Shown piece after piece: positions 60,129-64,000 of a DNA stretch of 64,000 nucleotides. The stretch is from assembly GCF_016433145.1 (NCBI RefSeq), contig NC_058131.1:138045794-138109793 (forward strand), given 5' to 3'. This DNA comes from Gracilinanus agilis (lineage: Eukaryota). The position numbers and the translations under genes were made by a program. Each line of letters opens with the position of its first letter. Position 1 is the first letter of the stretch. The notes beneath the pieces were generated by a model. It had not been told where the DNA came from, made no database searches, and saw nothing but the letters and a program-made list of their open reading frames with translations.

Positions 60129-61859
60129 TATACTCCACAAAGACCACAGAAGCCAAAGGTTGGAATAGTTAAGTGAGTTAGAAGTACTGGTAGTAGGATG
60201 TAAAGAGCCTAGAACAATTTAGCAATATCCAGGTGGATGAGTAGTGAAAGACCTATGCCATAGCATTTATATAAAAACTTCTGTCAAAAGTGTGATTAGA
60301 ACATTAACACTGCATACATTAAATCGTAGTCCTCTTTGTACTCAACTGAGTGACAAAAGTCAGTAGAGTTTTACTGGACATTCCACTAGTAGTAGGTACC
60401 ACTATTGTGTTCAGTGGTGAACTGAATCCAGGCAAATGGTCAATGCACCTATGCAGTTGCTCTGGGATGAACTAAGATGGGATAGTAATAGGAATGTCAG
60501 GAAAGCTAAAGGAGTAGAAAAAGGTCAGCAACAGCTTCTATGCATGGGCCATTGGATTTTAACTACCCTATCACTCAAATTAATTCATCTAGTAGGAAAA
60601 AATATCTGGGATTTAATAAAACTTTTTAAACTATTCAGAAGATACAAATGAACACAGATGATAAAAAATATTTTCAGGTTTTTTTTTAGCATAAAAAACT
60701 AATTTCTGAACAATACCAGCCAGCCAAATGCTGGTATTTTTTATTTCCAATGTTAAGATTCTCTTTTAGAAGGGTTTTCCTTTCTTCCAAGGATAGCTGT
60801 GGTTTTTTTTTTAAGAGGAAGCTCATGCTTCTTCAGTGGTTACCTCCCTTCCCTTTCCCAGAGAGAGAAAATGTTTTTAATGAGCACTTGTTCCAAGAGT
60901 AGCACTATGCCTCTGCCCCTCTATAGGTGACCCCATTGTCATCCTACTAATGAGGCCTCTTTATGAGGCTTGATATTTGAATGTGATATCTGGAAGGTCT
61001 CATTTTTAATGATTCTGAGAAAGTATGGCAAATAATTGAGCCAAAGTTACAGAATTAAAACAGCATTAAAATGCTAAAGGTTGTCTATGTTGAGGGTGGA
61101 TTTCATCCCGTCCTCTTCATTCAAGATTTATAGGGCAAGAATTTAAAACTTCATTTCAATTAGAATTTTTTACAGTATCTCTGTCAATTTCCTAATCTGG
61201 AAAGCTGACATAATATTTACCTTGCAAATCCTTCAATGAACTTTTATGAGAATAAAATTTAAATAATATGTTGGAAATACTTAAAAAAGAACAAAGGGCT
61301 ACATAATGCTAAGGCATTGTCATCAATTAAGTTCAAGAAGTTTGAATTAAATGTATAGCATCATGGAATCCCAGCATTGTTAGAGACTCCAGATGGTAAT
61401 CCAATTCAACTCCTAAAGTATTAAAATCATGAAATCTTGGCTAGAACATCTCTGACAAGTGGTTATTCATTTTCTACTGGAATATCTTGAAGGGTAGAAA
61501 CCTACTTCCCCACGGGAAAAACATTTATTTTTAAGATGTTTTCCTTATTGTAAGTTAGGATCTGTCTCCCTCTTGCTTCTTTAACAATTGATTCAGTGAT
61601 TTTAGGTCTGCTTTCTGGAACTACAGAGAAAAAACTTAATTCTTTGTTCATATATGTAGTAGAAAGAGATATTGACCTGGACTGAGAAGACCTGAATAAA
61701 GTCTCCATTCTGATACTTTTCTAACTGTCTGGCTGAGTGAATTTACTTAAGACAGTTTTACTATCTGTATAATATAGATAATAGGAACTTCCATTCAAGG
61801 TTTTTGCCTGATTGGAGGCCTAACACCTACTCCAATAAAAATCATTTTTTAAAAAAGAA

Positions 61860-63500
61860 CACCAGACTGAATGATGATCAAGAAATCCATGAAAAGCTGC
61901 GGCAAGGGACTTGTTTGGCCCCGAATGATACAAAAATTCATCCAGAAGCCAATGTACAGTAGGAAAGAGGTCCATCAAAAAGCTAGCCTGCTCTAGAAAG
62001 CTATAAAATAGCTTCCCACTCTATCTAGAGATGTGGATAGCCTGAAAGGCTCTGAATCTGTTCATGTTGAGAGTGGAGGGATGCACTAAGAAAGTCCTAG
62101 AATGGTCAGAAGTTCACAGTGAAGACATTGGAGGGACAAAAAATGACAAGAATGGAAAGCTTCAGAAACCAGTTTAAAGCATAACATTTCTCAGACCAGA
62201 ACATTCCAGGTCCAGGTCCTTATCATTCTACGCTGCACTGAAAGTCTAATGTGATAACTCTCAAAAGTATAGGATAGCCCAATCCCAGGAGGGGGAGATC
62301 GACTCAGGAACTCAAGTGACCCCAGGGTAAGACCAATCAGAGCCTACCAATCCATTTAAAAATACTATAGCAGGGGGGCAGCTAGGTGGCTCAGTGGATT
62401 GAGAGCCAGACCAAGAGATGGGAGGTCCTGAGTTAAAATCGGGCTTTAGACACTTCCTAGCTGTGTGACCCTAGGCAGGTCACTTGACCCCCATCCCTAG
62501 CCCTTACCACTCTTCTGACTTAGAACGAATATACAGTATTGATTCTAAGATGGAAGGTAAGGGTTTTCAAAATTTAAAAAAATTAAAAAAATAAAAATAT
62601 TATAGCAGGGAATAGAGCCTGATCTTGACAAAAATTCAAATTCAGGAACAAAGGCTAGAAAGGTGAGCGTAGGCAACCATAAAACAGTCAATATTCAGAA
62701 GTATCAAGTCCACAAGCTTTTATTAACTGCTTACTACATACTAGTTCTAAGTACTAGGAATAACAGAAAATGGTAAACCTAATCCAAATAGCAGGCTTCC
62801 TGAAAAATTAGAATACATTGAAAGAGAAATCAGTGACACTGTAAAGAGAGCAATAGAAATTAGAATAAATAAAAAATAATATTATAAGGTACATGCTATG
62901 AAAAATAACTTGCCCAGAAAACAGGTTGAGAGATAACTGAAGAATCATCCGACACCCTGAAAACTATGTCAAAAAAGCCTAAAAACTGCATTACAATTAA
63001 GAATAATAATAGTAGAATTTATATAGAGCCATAACATTTGAAAAGCTCTTTAAAAATATTATTTTTTTCTCTTAACAATACTTTGAAATAAGTATTATTA
63101 TCTTCATTTCACAAATGAAGAAGGTCACACAGTTGACCTTCTTCTGAAAGTCATTCTGAATTTTCTGAAGTAGTATTTGAAATTCAGATCTTCTTAACTC
63201 TAGGTCCAGTATATTATTGATCAGATCTATAAGAACAAGAAAATTAAATGAAATTAGAAAGAATCCATTGATCACTTCCAAAAATAAGCCCCAAAGGAAA
63301 AGTCTCAGGAATATCATTGCCAAAATCTGGAGCTTCTCAAAGAAAAAATATCACAAGCAAAAAGAAAGAATTTAAGTAAACACTAAGAAACTATAAAAAT
63401 GGTCCAGAAGACTTGGTAACTTACTGGAAACAGGAGGATCTTTTAGAATATAGTTTTTCAAAAGGAAAAAATATATAGGCTTACAACCATAAATAACTTG
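61860..63500 (+). mobile_element. Ancient L1 5'UTR/ORF1 remnant with SINE-1_MD (about 62375-62595) and MIR insertions
   Basis: agtctcaggaatatcattgccaaaatc...aaagaaaaaatatcacaagc resembles the L1 ORF1 motif PRNIIAKF..KEKILQA. Confidence 0.65.
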
Positions 63501-64000
63501 GGAAGCTAAGTATAATCCTACAGATGAATAATACTGATAATGATAATGATGATGATGATGAATATCATAGCACTTATATAGTACTTTAAAGCTTGCAATG
63601 AATTTCACACATTAACTCACTTGATCTGAATAACAACCCTATGAAGTAGATGCCATTATTATCATCATCTTTATTTTACAGATAAGGAAGAAGAATCAGA
63701 CAGATTAAAGTGGCCACTTAATAAGTACTGAGGTAGAGCATTGAACTTTGGTCCTTGTGACTCTAAGCCCTACACTCTCTCCACTGTGCCACGTAGCTGC
63801 CTTTAAGAAAAAAATAACTGTTAAAAGAAAAGGAGATTTTAAAGAATTCTTAATGGAAGACCAAAGCTGAGTAGAAATTTGAAAACCCAAAGACTCAAAT
63901 GAAATGTAGAAAGGTAAATTTATTTGCATAATTCAAATGGGTTATAATATGATAAAGAACTAATGTTCTAATATGGGTGGGAAAGAACAACTGTTCCTTT

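Overview
AT-rich, repeat-dense marsupial genomic DNA, most likely a didelphid opossum (Monodelphis-type SINE-1/MdoSINE and L1_Mdo sequences, plus Mar1/MIR, RTE, CR1/L3, L2, Tigger and hAT remnants, and 6-7 solo ERV LTRs). There are two N gaps. No intact, recognisable conserved gene is present, and most of the ORF track is repeat-derived or random. Two non-repeat signals stand out. (1) An intact 88-codon + strand ORF (49453-49719) encodes only the N-terminal domain of the Ty3/Gypsy-Gag-derived PNMA/MOAP1 family. It has a splice acceptor directly before the ATG and an AATAAA overlapping the stop. It could be the previously reported marsupial PNMA-MS2 or a new paralogue. (2) About 20 exon-like segments on the - strand (about 8.8-52.7 kb) have GT-AG boundaries, often lengths divisible by 3 and mostly matching phases, but scattered stops and frameshifts. 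I interpret them as a large decayed gene of unknown identity, with the PNMA-like ORF antisense inside one intron. All family assignments are by eye, without database searches, and repeat boundaries without a TSD are approximate.
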